The position numbers were made by a program, and so were the translations under genes. A DNA stretch of 64,000 nt, from assembly GCF_022045235.1 (NCBI RefSeq), contig NW_027266267.1, positions 14,632,001 to 14,696,000 of the forward strand, in the 5' to 3' direction. The DNA is from Haliotis cracherodii (taxonomy: Eukaryota). Under the pieces are notes generated by a model that worked only from the letters and a program-made list of their open reading frames with translations, was not told the origin of the DNA and did not search any database. Below, piece after piece: positions 38,517 to 49,994 of this stretch (positions are counted from its first letter, which is position 1; every line of letters starts with the position of its first letter).

Positions 38517-39059
38517 AATATCTTTAAGATAAGCATACAAACCTTCATTCATGTAACTTCAGTAGTTTCATGTCCCCATTGCACACACTATGGAGCAAGG
38601 GTCCATCACTCCGTCAAAAATGAATTTACGACACTAATTTTTAAACTCATTTGGGATCATAACCAGATACATCAGTGTGCAAAATTTCCTTTCTGTGACT
38701 TAAAAAGTTTTTGAGAAAATTTGTCCACTTGATGGACACTTCATGGCGGCAGATAATACTATTTATACAGTCGTCTAGATATATTCAAATTCGATATACA
38801 CTTCAACCCGACAAGTCTTCTTATACTTGAACATGGAAAGAAATCTTTTGGGATATACTAGTTTCTTTGATGTTGATGATATTGATTATCTTGCTGTAAA
38901 ATATTTCAAATGTTGTTTGTGGTCTTATATACGAGGAACAATATTTAAGGGAACCCCCACATTTATTCAGGCTGTTGCCAATTATGAGAACGCTGAGGTC
39001 GGTTGCGAAGCCTTTGCCCCATATTACCCTAAAGGTGTTCAATTGGTGAAATGTGTTGA

Positions 39060-39260
39060 GATTTAGCTAGGCAATGTTGTGACACCTTGCTGTCTCAGAC
39101 AGTCGACTGCAACACGACCTCTGCGAGGACGTGCGTTGTCATTCTTAAAGAGTTGACCTATGCACTGGGCAAGTGGCAGGACCACTGGACATACAATGTG
39201 GTCCACATAATGGTCATATTCACGTGCACGCTCATCAAAGGCAGTCCAATTCATGATAAG
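39060..39260 (-). pseudogene. Tc1 transposase fragment
   Basis: YVDHIVCPVVLPL...FKNDNARPRRGRVAVDCLRQQGVTTLP. Confidence 0.65.
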
Positions 39261-40019
39261 AAAACAACGTTATGGACAACAACTTCTGGCTTATTGCATT
39301 TAGCGACGTTTCAATGTAGATTCTTAACCCATTATCATGCTAAGGTAGCTAATAGTCTCTAGAGTCTGTCGAAACAGATTCCACTGAGCGTAAAAGGCAG
39401 TAGAGGTGAACATTATGTGAATGGGTCATTGAAAAATCATAGATAACACCAGGTGTTGGACACAAAAAGTCCAACAGCTCACATATTGTTTCCTCAGTTA
39501 ACTTCAGATGGGATTTGCTTTCATTTTTGACATATTGAATATATGTGTGTAACACAATCTATGATCACAATGAGACGACATATCTGATGTCCCTCACGGA
39601 ATCAATAATTGCATGTTAATTGTTATGACCCTAACTGCGATTGTTTCAGTGAATTGTGCGAAGCTTTGCACAAAGTACTTCTCAAGTATAATCATACGAA
39701 AAAAAGAATGATTTCCCTTATGAAGTAAATTAGCTTTGGTTAAAGATTTGGTAATGTTCCAATTTGAGGAACATACTTCCTGAAACCTCATACGTAACCT
39801 AACGTAATGTTTTAGTCCAAAATATCCAATCTCTCATTAATAAGCACGTATCTAATGATTAGGTTTGGTTCAGCTCTTTAATTTTATACCTCTCAAAGTT
39901 TCCTAAGGACCATCTCTTTATCAAATTGAGTGCATCTGTAATGGCTCAAGACAATATTGCGTGAAGACATGTTTAATCAACAAAGATCAACATCACGTGA
40001 CCAATCATGAATAAATCAT

Positions 40020-40900
40020 TGTCCCAAACAACTTTCAGTAGCGCATATGTGTCCTATGTAATGCGGTCAGAGCCAGTCCCCCTCATCTAATGCTCCCAAT
40101 AAGTGTCTGGTGGTTGCCAAGAGAAGATTGTTCCTCCCTCCCGCAAAATCTTTGTCGAGTTCCTGTAGAATTGCAAGAAGAACAATGCGTCTTGAGTGGG
40201 CGATCTGCAGCTCGTTCCACGTGTGTTCGATAGGGTTGAGGTCTGCTGACCGGGATGGCAACTCCATGCGGACAATGGCCCTGACACGATGAGGTCGTGC
40301 GTTATTGTCCATGCGTCTGGGCTGATTGCACCAGCATACGGTCTCACGAACACGTCCAGAATGTCATTTCTGTAATGCACATCTGACGTTGGAATCCATA
40401 ATCTTACTTATTGTCTACGCCACACTCGGACGGGACGACCAGTGAAGTCTTAACAGTATCTCTATTCATCGGTGAAATTAGTCCAGTCCTGGTCTCTATA
40501 ATTGACGTGATCTTCAGCTCCATCTAAATGTGGCTGCCTGTGCTTGCCTTCCGTTACCAGAGACCAGCCTCAAAGAGACGATTACGCAATGATTAGAAAC
40601 GTTAACGACATGGCGTTCAGCAGGTCATTTGTGAGTTTTGTGGCAGTCACAAAGTAATGACATCTTGTTGCAATCAGGAGAAACCCTTCTTGCCACTGTG
40701 TGGTGGAACGCTATCGACCAACTGATATACCGGGTTGCTGATGCAAACATCTGATATCGATTCCATGCCAAGTTGGTCACACGTTTGCAACCTGAGGTGT
40801 TGCCACAGTGTCAAGCATGCCTGTGTATCGTATGTATCTGCCTAATTCTTCGGTCGTCACACGACGTCTTTGACGCTAAGGGGTTGGGCATAGGTGCATT
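40020..40900 (-). pseudogene. degenerate Tc1 transposase
   Basis: YRNDILDVFVRPYAGAI, MDNNARPHR and PSRSADLNPIEHTWNEL, with frameshifts. Confidence 0.8.
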
Positions 40901-41195
40901 CAGTTTTTTGCAATCCTCAAAAGCGATAATGATGTGCAACTATTCTTACACGGTAGACAGATTTTCAAGCACCTCGTGCCTATTACTGAATGCCTCTGTC
41001 AGTTCCTTATGAAGGTCCCATGGGGGCTACCAAATCATTGTGTGTATTTCAATCCTTATTTGTTTGATGATATTTATATATTTTTATAAACCTGATCATT
41101 AGCAAACTTTGAGTATGATACAAATTCAACTGACCAAAAAGGGCCCTCCTACTTAATCTTCTTTTTTTCATAACAACACAAGTCTTTCACAATTA

Positions 41196-41357
41196 GGGGC
41201 GATCGGGTAGCCTAGTGGCTAAAGCGTTCGCTCGTCACTCCGAAGACCTGGGTTCGATTCCCGACATGGGTACACTGTGTGAAGGCCATTTCTGGTGTCC
41301 CCCGCCGTGATATTGCGGGAATATTGCCAAAAGCGGCGTAAAAGCATACTCACTCAC
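41196..41357 (+). mobile_element. SINE family A
   Basis: A/B boxes, TSD TTTCACAATTA. Confidence 0.88.
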
Positions 41358-41370
41358 TTTCACAATTAGA

Positions 41371-42300
41371 GTACGGTGTTGTCAGATTTCTTCAGCTGCG
41401 CACACATACATTTTCAGAAAATTGATCGTGAAAATAATGACAACTCAACCGACTTATTTCTTCTGTGTAAATAATCCTTACGAATAATCTTCGCATTTGA
41501 TTTTCATGCAAATGAAACCTTTATTTGATCATATCTAGCTGAAATAGTTCATACACTATTATTTTCATAAATAAAAAACATCGCTTTAATTCTCGTAACC
41601 AACTAATTGCTGAAATAACCATGTGCTAAAGACTTTACTTCATATTATTATTATTACTTCATATGTCCACCAGTAACTGTAAATGCCAATGGCATATAAA
41701 AAATCACATTAAAACCTTTTTCTGGGTGTAGGATCATGTTCAAAGAGAGTACTGTGTTGTCAGATTTCTTCAGCTGCGAACACATACATTTTCAGAAAAT
41801 TGATCGTGAAAATAATGACAACTCAACCGACTTATTTCTTCTGTGTAAATAATCCTTACGAATAATCTCCGAATCTGATTTTCATACAAATGAAACCTTT
41901 ATTTGATCATAACGAGCTTAATTATTTCACACACTATTATATTCATAAATGAAATGCATTGCTCAAAATCTCGTAACCAAATAATTTCTGAATTAACTAT
42001 TTGCTAAACACGTTTTTTACTTCATTTGTCCAACAGTAATGGATTTAAAAAATCAAATTTAAACAATTTTTCTTGTTGTGGGATCATGCTCAAAGTTCAA
42101 GGATATATTAAACATAAAGCATACTGACAGTGATCACTACTCCCAACCACTCAAATGATCTGATCTACTTAGATACATTATCCAAACTGTATCATGTAAG
42201 ATCTGTACTGTGAACTAACCTTTAATCTATGCGTTACTTAAGACCTACTCCTTATCTATAGATACCCATATTTAAGTTATTATCGATTCTTTTGTAATCA
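41371..42300. repeat. 378-bp direct tandem duplication of an AT-rich interspersed repeat; further copy at about 56175-56700
   Basis: GTAC(G/T)GTGTTGTCAGATTTCTTCAGCTGCG at 41371 and 41749; long match to 56175 onward. Confidence 0.8.
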
Positions 42301-42501
42301 GTAAGTATTTAAGTGAGTGAGTTTGTCAGTACATCAGACCATCAGGTAAGTGATCAGGTTGGTGATATACAAAATAGCTTGAACGAATGGGGATGTAACA
42401 TATATCATTAATTGAGAAGATAGATGTATTTGATATCGCTTAGAATGGTTGAGGCGATGTTACGTGGATACAATTTAAAATTGTACAAATGGTGGGGCTG
42501 A

Positions 42502-42504
<3 letters not shown>

Positions 42505-42558
<54 letters not shown>
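42505..42558. repeat. (CA)n microsatellite
   Basis: Direct observation. Confidence 0.97.
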
Positions 42559-42560
<2 letters not shown>

Positions 42561-43165
42561 GGTGGGGGTTAAAACTATTTGACGTCTGAGGACGCCCGGG
42601 AACGTCTGGAAACGTCCGGGAGGTTTCATCAGACCTCTGGAAACGCCCGGGAGGTCTTTCTCAGCTTGGTAAAATCGTGAGAACATCAACTGGCGCACGT
42701 GTTTGCCATGTGCAGCGGCCAGAAACTTCTGGTTACTGGAACTTCCATTTTCTGGCCGCTGCACGTGGCAAACATGTGCGCCAGTTGATATTCTCACGAT
42801 CTTACCAAACTAAGAAAGACGTTTGTTTTTACACAAAAATGTTATTACTATCCAAATGTTTTTGTCTGTGTTCAGTTAATTATACAACGTGTTAACATGT
42901 TGTTGCTAAGCACAAAATTGAGTCAGTATTCAAAACGCACATTTTAATTAATTATCTGCTGTCTCGTGTAAAGAAACTTGTCACATAATGTCCCTCTTAT
43001 GCAAGTTCTCCTGAAATATATGCATTAATACAGTATTACGCTACAGTGTCAGTGTGATTAGTTAGGCCAACAGGCAACATATCTTTTCAAAACACTAAAA
43101 TGACTTTATCATTGATCTCCTTTCGCGGCAATCTCTAGTCTCTGAGACGTCACCTTTGCTTGAAA

Positions 43166-43339
43166 TGAGTGAGTGAGTGAGTGAGTGAGTATGTTTTTAC
43201 GCCGCTTTTAGCAATATTCCCGCAATATCACGGTGGGGGACACCAGAAATGGGCTTCAGACATTGTACCCATGTCGGGAATCAAACCCAGGTCTTCGGGC
43301 GAAGCGAACGCTTTAACCACTAGGCTACCCTACCGCCCC
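43166..43339 (-). mobile_element. SINE family A
   Basis: Reverse complement of 4456-4620; TSD TTGCTTGAA. Confidence 0.88.
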
Positions 43340-44728
43340 TTGCTTGAAGTCTTCCTGATCATATTCCATTACGTTAGAAAAACAGTAAGATGTCCAACAG
43401 AACGACAACTTGAAACTTTAGGCCTATTTGGGCAAAATGTTTTAATTTCGGGAAACTGCCCCAAGCTGCAAATGTCTATAAGCACACATATTGAAACTGA
43501 TTTCGCTAGCTTCCTCGCTAAATTGTTTCTCAATTTATCTCTACAAGGTTACCTTCTCGACCCAGTTAGAGGCTAAATTTCGGTATCTTAGGCTATCATT
43601 TTGATAACGATAACAATCATCCAAGTAATTTCTCAATATCCTAAATTTTCAATTCTGATTTGATCGGCGATTATCAATCGCAGTGTTTATTAGTAAACAC
43701 TGAAAGTTTGTTTCTTGTTTATGTTTTGACGCTGTCCTCGTTGATAGAAAAGTTCATTGCTGTTTCCCTGCCTGTTGTTGATTTAACCTGACCCAAGACA
43801 AGGGCTTACAAGTTAAAAAAGTGTACATAGATCCTACCGCGTCCACAGGTACAGACTGGCCACAGGCACATAACTTCGTGATATGCATGAATCCGGTGTA
43901 AAATAGACTCAATAATGAAAACATATATCAAAACATGTCCTTTATGCGAGAGACATAAAAAGACAGACGCTGTATATTGACTGCAATTCAAACTTCACAG
44001 TGACTCATACTATTGATAATCAAGCATGGAATCGATGTGAACTGTCGGTATTTTTCATCTTGTCATCGATATGACCATGCATCTGTAGTTCCATCAACTC
44101 TTTCACCGCTACATTGGGATGTTATACGCCAGCGATGGTCCTCAGTTTTCTATTACATGGAATCAGAGGTCCTATATTAACATATAACTCGGTTCATATA
44201 GTCGTGTCCTATCTAATTGCTTGTGTAAGTATTCCATCCATGCCATGTGAAACCATACAGGGCATAATTTATATTTGTATCCGGATGAATATTGACAGAA
44301 AAATACAATTCATGTAAATGAGGATGTCATATATAATGTAACACCCATTACTTGTGTCTGAATGGCTACTAATGCATCATGCATATAATAGAGGATGGCC
44401 ACTTAGTAACCAACACACATTACAATTTTGATGAAAAAGAAAATTCAACGGGAACTTCCACGAGATATGGAAGTATAACACAAAAATGTGTGGCCTGCAC
44501 TTATTAAGTTGGTTCACATACGTTGGCAAAAGACTGTGCTTGTAAAGTATCCATTTACCCTTCAACAATCTTCGAATCAAATGTCAGGCATCTGATAACA
44601 AGAACAAGCATTTGACCGACTAACGAATGATAGTCGAGATGAAAAGTTTGCTTTGTGAAAAAGATGGTGGACGAAAAACTATGATTTGCCTTTGTCGTAT
44701 TCATGAAACATGCCTTTTCTAAAACCTG

Positions 44729-44980
44729 AGACCCGTGAACATCCGGGGTAGAATAGATCTTCAGCAAACCATGCATGCTGTAAAAGGCGACTAACGGGAT
44801 CGGGTGGTCAGGCTCGCTGACTTGGTTGATGCATGTCATCGATCTCAACAGCGTATATCGATTCTCATGATGTCAATCACTGGATTGTCTGGTCTTGGCT
44901 CAATTATTTTACAGACCGCCGTCATATAGCTGGAATATTGCTGAGTGCGGCTTTAAACACCAAACCAACCGACCAACCAA
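44729..44980 (+). mobile_element. SINE family B (single-hairpin variant) at a duplication breakpoint
   Basis: Match to family B; followed by sequence homologous to 5280-5730. Confidence 0.85.
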
Positions 44981-45412
44981 CTCTATTAATGAATGATCAT
45001 TGAGGCAAGTTCTAACCATCCTGGATACCTTAACACTTTATACACATACCGTGTACGATCAACCCTTAAAGAAACTTTGTGTTTGGTCGTTTCAGAAGCA
45101 TCAGACGGAGTCAGCGGGGAAGAGCAAGAACGAGAACAGGAACCCAATAGCGATGTGGAGCAGGGAACTGCCGGAAGCAAGACTGCACATGACTTGGACC
45201 TTGATATGGAAATATCTGAAGACGTGATTCCGCTCAGTGAAGAGTTGAGGTTACCCAGACCTAACACTGTAGAGGCTGTTTCAACAACCGATCCTATTGA
45301 CGATATATCGATAGAGAGATCCTGTTCCATGTCAACCATCTCCACCTCTGCCATCCGTCTGGAGGACCCTGGGGACACAGACACGGACTCGTTGCAGACT
45401 CTGGAAGTCTGA
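44981..45412 (+). pseudogene. duplicated intron end plus truncated last exon of RhoGEF paralog 1
   Basis: High identity to 5280-5732 with a 33-bp in-frame deletion. Homology ends at ...CTGGAAG, followed by TCTGA and AATAAA. Confidence 0.85.
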
Positions 45413-45567
45413 ATAAAAGGCTGAATTAAAAAAAAGAAATGCATTACAGTTCAGGTGTCAATATTCACAATACTCAAAGGTGTGATAAATACGTGTAATT
45501 GAGGTATAAAGTCTCATAAAACATCTTCGGTTATCACACACACTCTGTGGTCTAGCACTGCGCGAGG

Positions 45568-46194
45568 ATGTTTCAATTTCAATTGCCAAGAGCTGCAGGA
45601 GGTGAACACAGTCTGAGAGTGGCGGTCATGGGAGGTGCAGGATGCGGAAAGACGTCGATTCTCAACCAGAACCTTCGACCAATCTTCATGGACATGTATT
45701 GTGGAACTATTGGAGAGATCCACAATAGAACACTGGACGTTGAAGGAGAAACAGTTGATCTTGACATCTGGGACACGCCAGGTGGATACTGCTTTGGTGC
45801 AGCAAGAAGTAAAGCTATTCAGGATTGCGATGCATTTATGGTGGTGTACGCCATGAATGATCTCGTGTCCTTTGAGAAAGCCCTTAGCCTGCAGGAAGAC
45901 ATCATCGCAACGAGAGGATCAGTTACCATTGTCTTCGCTGGAAGCAAGGCAGATCTCCAATCGAGCCAGTGGTTAGAGCAGCAACATCATTTTGCTGATT
46001 TCGTGAGGGAAAAGACTGGCTGCACCCATCATGAGATCTCGGCCAAAACTGGAAGTGGTATCTCTGCAGTGTTTGTGGACATTGTTCAACAACGGAGGAA
46101 ACAGCAAAAGAAACAAAAGAAATCAAAGGTAGCAAAATGGTTAAAGAACAGGAAACGTGTTCTGTCAGAATATTTAAGGTCCATTATTTCATGA
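45568..46194 (+). CDS. intronless atypical Ras-family small GTPase (Di-Ras/RASD/Rap-like), 208 aa
   Basis: G1 GGAGCGKTS, G2 YCGTIGE, G3 DIWDTPGG, G4 GSKAD, G5 EISAK, polybasic C-terminus; TATA-like GTATAAAG at about 45504. Confidence 0.9.
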   Translation: MFQFQLPRAAGGEHSLRVAVMGGAGCGKTSILNQNLRPIFMDMYCGTIGEIHNRTLDVEGETVDLDIWDTPGGYCFGAARSKAIQDCDAFMVVYAMNDLVSFEKALSLQEDIIATRGSVTIVFAGSKADLQSSQWLEQQHHFADFVREKTGCTHHEISAKTGSGISAVFVDIVQQRRKQQKKQKKSKVAKWLKNRKRVLSEYLRSIIS

Positions 46195-46239
46195 TAATGA
46201 TTTTTTCTGCAGATTTTGTAGATGACACTGTCTTATCTT

Positions 46240-46460
46240 TGATTGAGGTTAAAACATTCAAGGCATCAGTAAAGCTTTCAAAACGTTTTTTGGTAGACGC
46301 ATCAGTGACAAATATTATGTCAAATGCCATTTCCTATTTTGACTTGTACCATATGTTCCCGTATTTTTTCTGGTGCTCAACTGACTTGCTTCTCCATGTG
46401 TTTGAGACTGGGTTGTACCATCTAATATTTGATAGTGATTCATAAACACATGCTCGTGAT
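46240..46460 (+). mobile_element. Penelope-like 3' fragment
   Basis: AACATTCAAGGCATCAGTAAAGCTTTCAAAA...GACTTGTACCATATGTTCCCGT matches 34186-34320. Confidence 0.6.
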
Positions 46461-48358
46461 ATTGTTATAAGGTTAAAAATGCATCTAAAAAACATTAGAA
46501 AATGGTAACAAATAAAACCGTTATAGCTGCAATGAGGAGTTGCATTAGATATAGTTTGTGACAGAGAACTTTTAGTTGGAAAGGAATAAAAAGATAAAAG
46601 ACATTTCACATTTATCACAAGTGTATTCTTGACATTTCACATTTATCATCGGGTTGGTGTCATGTTATCGTCGATTAGTTAATGAAACAAGCAGATAGGT
46701 AAGATACTTTTCATCCGGAGTGAGTCACAAAATCAATAGAGAGATGAGCAATCTGGCACGAAGGCTTCTGTATTTATCCGATTACGACACACATGAGTTC
46801 ATGGTCAGATCGAACTTTTAACGAATCAAAATGAGGTATTGTGACATGCGACAAAGACAGGCCAGTCCCGAACACTATAAAATGATACTTTAACGTTAGG
46901 ATAGGAGAGCGCGTTTTGCAATTGATCGAGTCGAATCCCGATCGTTCTAAGTTTTCCGCATGTAGTGACGATTGGTCGAAGGTCCTGTGTTGAAAGAGGG
47001 GCTGGGAGTATGTAAAACTATAGTCTGGAAGTTAATTTAAGGTACCGACGTTTACTTCAATATCTGAAAAACTATTGGACCTACTCCAGTCAAAGTTGGT
47101 ATTAAACAGTCATACATAACTGGATATTACATTTACAGACAATCGGTGCATGAATAAAATCCCGATCGTTCTAAGTTTTCCCAATGTAGTGACGAGACAG
47201 GCCAGTGTGATCCTGTCCTGTATTGATAGATGGGCTGAAAGTAAGTAAATCTATGTGAGTATAAAGCTGGTGTTGCGTTTATTTATTATGCGAGTATGAA
47301 TGCTGATAGAGACAACTTGGAGTAAGCGACGTTAGACCAATCACTCCTTGACGGAGCCGAGCCGCTGCGGACAAGACGAGTGGAAAATCATGACGTCATT
47401 GACCATGACGACCAGGAACGGCGATACTTTCATATTTTTTTTTTCATTTTATTTTTTTTTATTTTTTGACACGGCGATACTTTCAGTAACGGTAGCAGGG
47501 TCGCACTTGACGCCCGAAAGCAGTTACGACAATATAGTCGATATTATACAACTGAGTCTGCTTTCAGCAGAGATTTCTCATGAACATGGAAAAGGTTTTG
47601 TCGCTTTTGTTATACATATTGTCTGGCAGTTCTATTTGATCTTGTAAACATGCCCTGTCAGAATGTTTAAGATCCATTAATTCATCATGATAATAAATCT
47701 ATTGCTACAGTTTATACATTTTGGCATTTCATTGGCAGATTATGTGATTGATAATGTCTTATACATGCTGTGTTACAACCCTTAATGTAAAAATTATCTT
47801 AATGTAAATAAACTTTTAAAAAATGATAAAAGTATATTTGGTTTAAGTAGAGCTATATTATGTGTGTTTACATATATCCAGCTGGAGAGATCGACCTGGT
47901 GTGACAACACAGATAGACAAAATTGGGTAGAGATTTTGCTGTATTTATTATTGAGTGCACTGAAAGAGGACCCAGCTGTTTCTATCATTGTGGTTGGATT
48001 TGTTTGTTTATTTGTTTGTTGTTTAACACCGCACTCAATATTATTCCAGCTATATGACGGCGGTCTGTAAATAATCAAATCTGGACAACCCAGTGGTCGA
48101 CATCATGAACATCGATCCACGCATCAGTGCGACGCGGGACTATGTGGAGAACGATGTTATTCACCATGTTGAAAGTAATATTTACTTTGTAGAGATTTTT
48201 TACACAGTTTGAGATGGAAAGATATTCATGTGATAAATTACTAAATAGCTTTGGCAAAACTCTTTTCGAAATGCGTTCAAATTTGAACATACTTATTGTA
48301 AATAGAAGATTTGGAACTGACTATCAAATCGGTGACTGTACATTTATTGGGCATTTAA

Positions 48359-48643
48359 TGAGTGAGAGAGTGAGTTGGGATTAACTCCGCTTTTAACAGT
48401 ATTACAGTTATTTCACGGCGTGTCAGCTTAATGTGGGAGGAAAGCCCGAAGTGATGCAGGTCTCAGACGTTTACCACTTCGGTGAAAACCACGAGCACGG
48501 GTATGGTGCTGACAAACCTACGTAGCAACATTATCGGGGCGAACCGGGATTCGAACCTTCGATCATAGGTTTCTGGCGTGCCAAGGGACGCAACTCTGCA
48601 CAGCGAATCGCGGCGCCTTAGACGACTGGGCCACCCGTGCCCC
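48359..48643 (-). mobile_element. SINE family C
   Basis: Best-preserved copy; TSD TATTGG(G/A)CATTT. Confidence 0.88.
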
Positions 48644-49079
48644 CTATTGGACATTTTGGGTGTAGTGTGATAGATTATTGTTGAGCATCGAGTGATATGT
48701 TCCCCGATGATGATGAATGTCTCTGTAAAAAAACATGGACGGTGCCATTATTTAATTGCGTTCAGAAGATAACTCGTACCTTTTTAAGTATAACAAAGTT
48801 TGTAAGAATACAGATAGCTGTGTGGAATGAAGAAGGGCCAGTTTGCACAATGTAAAAGGAGTGACCTAGAAAATGCAGCAGCGGAAGACTCTAAACGTTT
48901 CTGGGACATCATAAAGGGTGTGTCTGGACGACCGCAACGACCCAACCCTATAGATATACAAGACTGAGGGGACTATTTCTCGTCGCTGAATTCTGAACCA
49001 ATGGGTATTCAGGATAATCTTAGTGAGGTGGAGGACATAGTGACATGTCGGGGTTATGTGCAAGAACTGACAGTTGACA

Positions 49080-49440
49080 TATTAGAATCCCCTTAATGAA
49101 ATCTATGGAAGCTATTGTATTAAATGGGTAAAATGTTAAATCCATGTACAGTAATGTAAAGACTTACAACAGAGTATCTGGTATATTTGTTGCTTCTTGG
49201 ATGTGAGGCAAGGGTGTATGCTTTGTCACTTTTTGTTTCAGTTTTGTTTAATAAACAAATTAGTTACTGGCATGGAACAAAATTGTCGTTTTTGTGTTAA
49301 GTTACATTCGGACTTTATTTATATTTGTTTACTTCTACTTGCGGAAGACCTTATTGTGTTTGGCAATACTGTCAACAACAATTTTAGCAATAGATTACTG
49401 AGGTCGAATGCTTAAAATATATTGCAATTCAGGCAAGAAG
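49080..49440 (+). pseudogene. old LINE reverse-transcriptase fragment
   Basis: DVRQGCMLCHFLFQF and LLLLAEDL resemble GVRQGCxLSPxLF and LLYADD. Confidence 0.55.
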
Positions 49441-49994
49441 GCGTTCATGGTCTGTTACTTAGTATACATTCCTTGAAACCATACTCGCCTCACTTTTACT
49501 TCAAATGTTTAGATACAAACAAGATAACACCAATACTATTATACGGGGCTGAATTTTGGGGTTCAGTGACATAGGACCGAGTCTGGGAGATGTTCTATTC
49601 AGTCGCTCACTGTTTCGATATGTGTCAATATAGGCTGTCTCTTTATAATATGCAGGAATCTCGTTTATCCCAAAAATGTTACAATATGCATTGTCACCCT
49701 TGCAAAAACAAGCAAAAGTGTCAAAATTAGCCAAAGCGCGACATTACGACAACGCGACATTTTGGCCATTTGTCGCATTGTCGCAATGTCGCATTTTAAG
49801 ATTTCCGAAAGGCTTATGTGACGTATTGCCATCCGTCTTTGTACGGCGTGCGTCATCTGTCATGCGAAAACTATTCAAAATACGATTTATATCTAATATA
49901 TATATCGAAAGATAGCATTTACAGCTCACCTGGTGCGAAGTTCTGTAGTGAGCTAATGTCAGCTCCCACAGAAGATGGAATGGTCGGTCTCTAA

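Larger units (their letters stand above)
37600..38730. repeat. repeat with three ~170-bp internal subunits, interrupted by two SINEs
   Basis: Recurrent CTTCAGTAGTTTC...TGTCCCCATTGCACAC...CAAGGG...AAAAT..TTTACG near 37636, 37806 and 38558. Confidence 0.55.
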
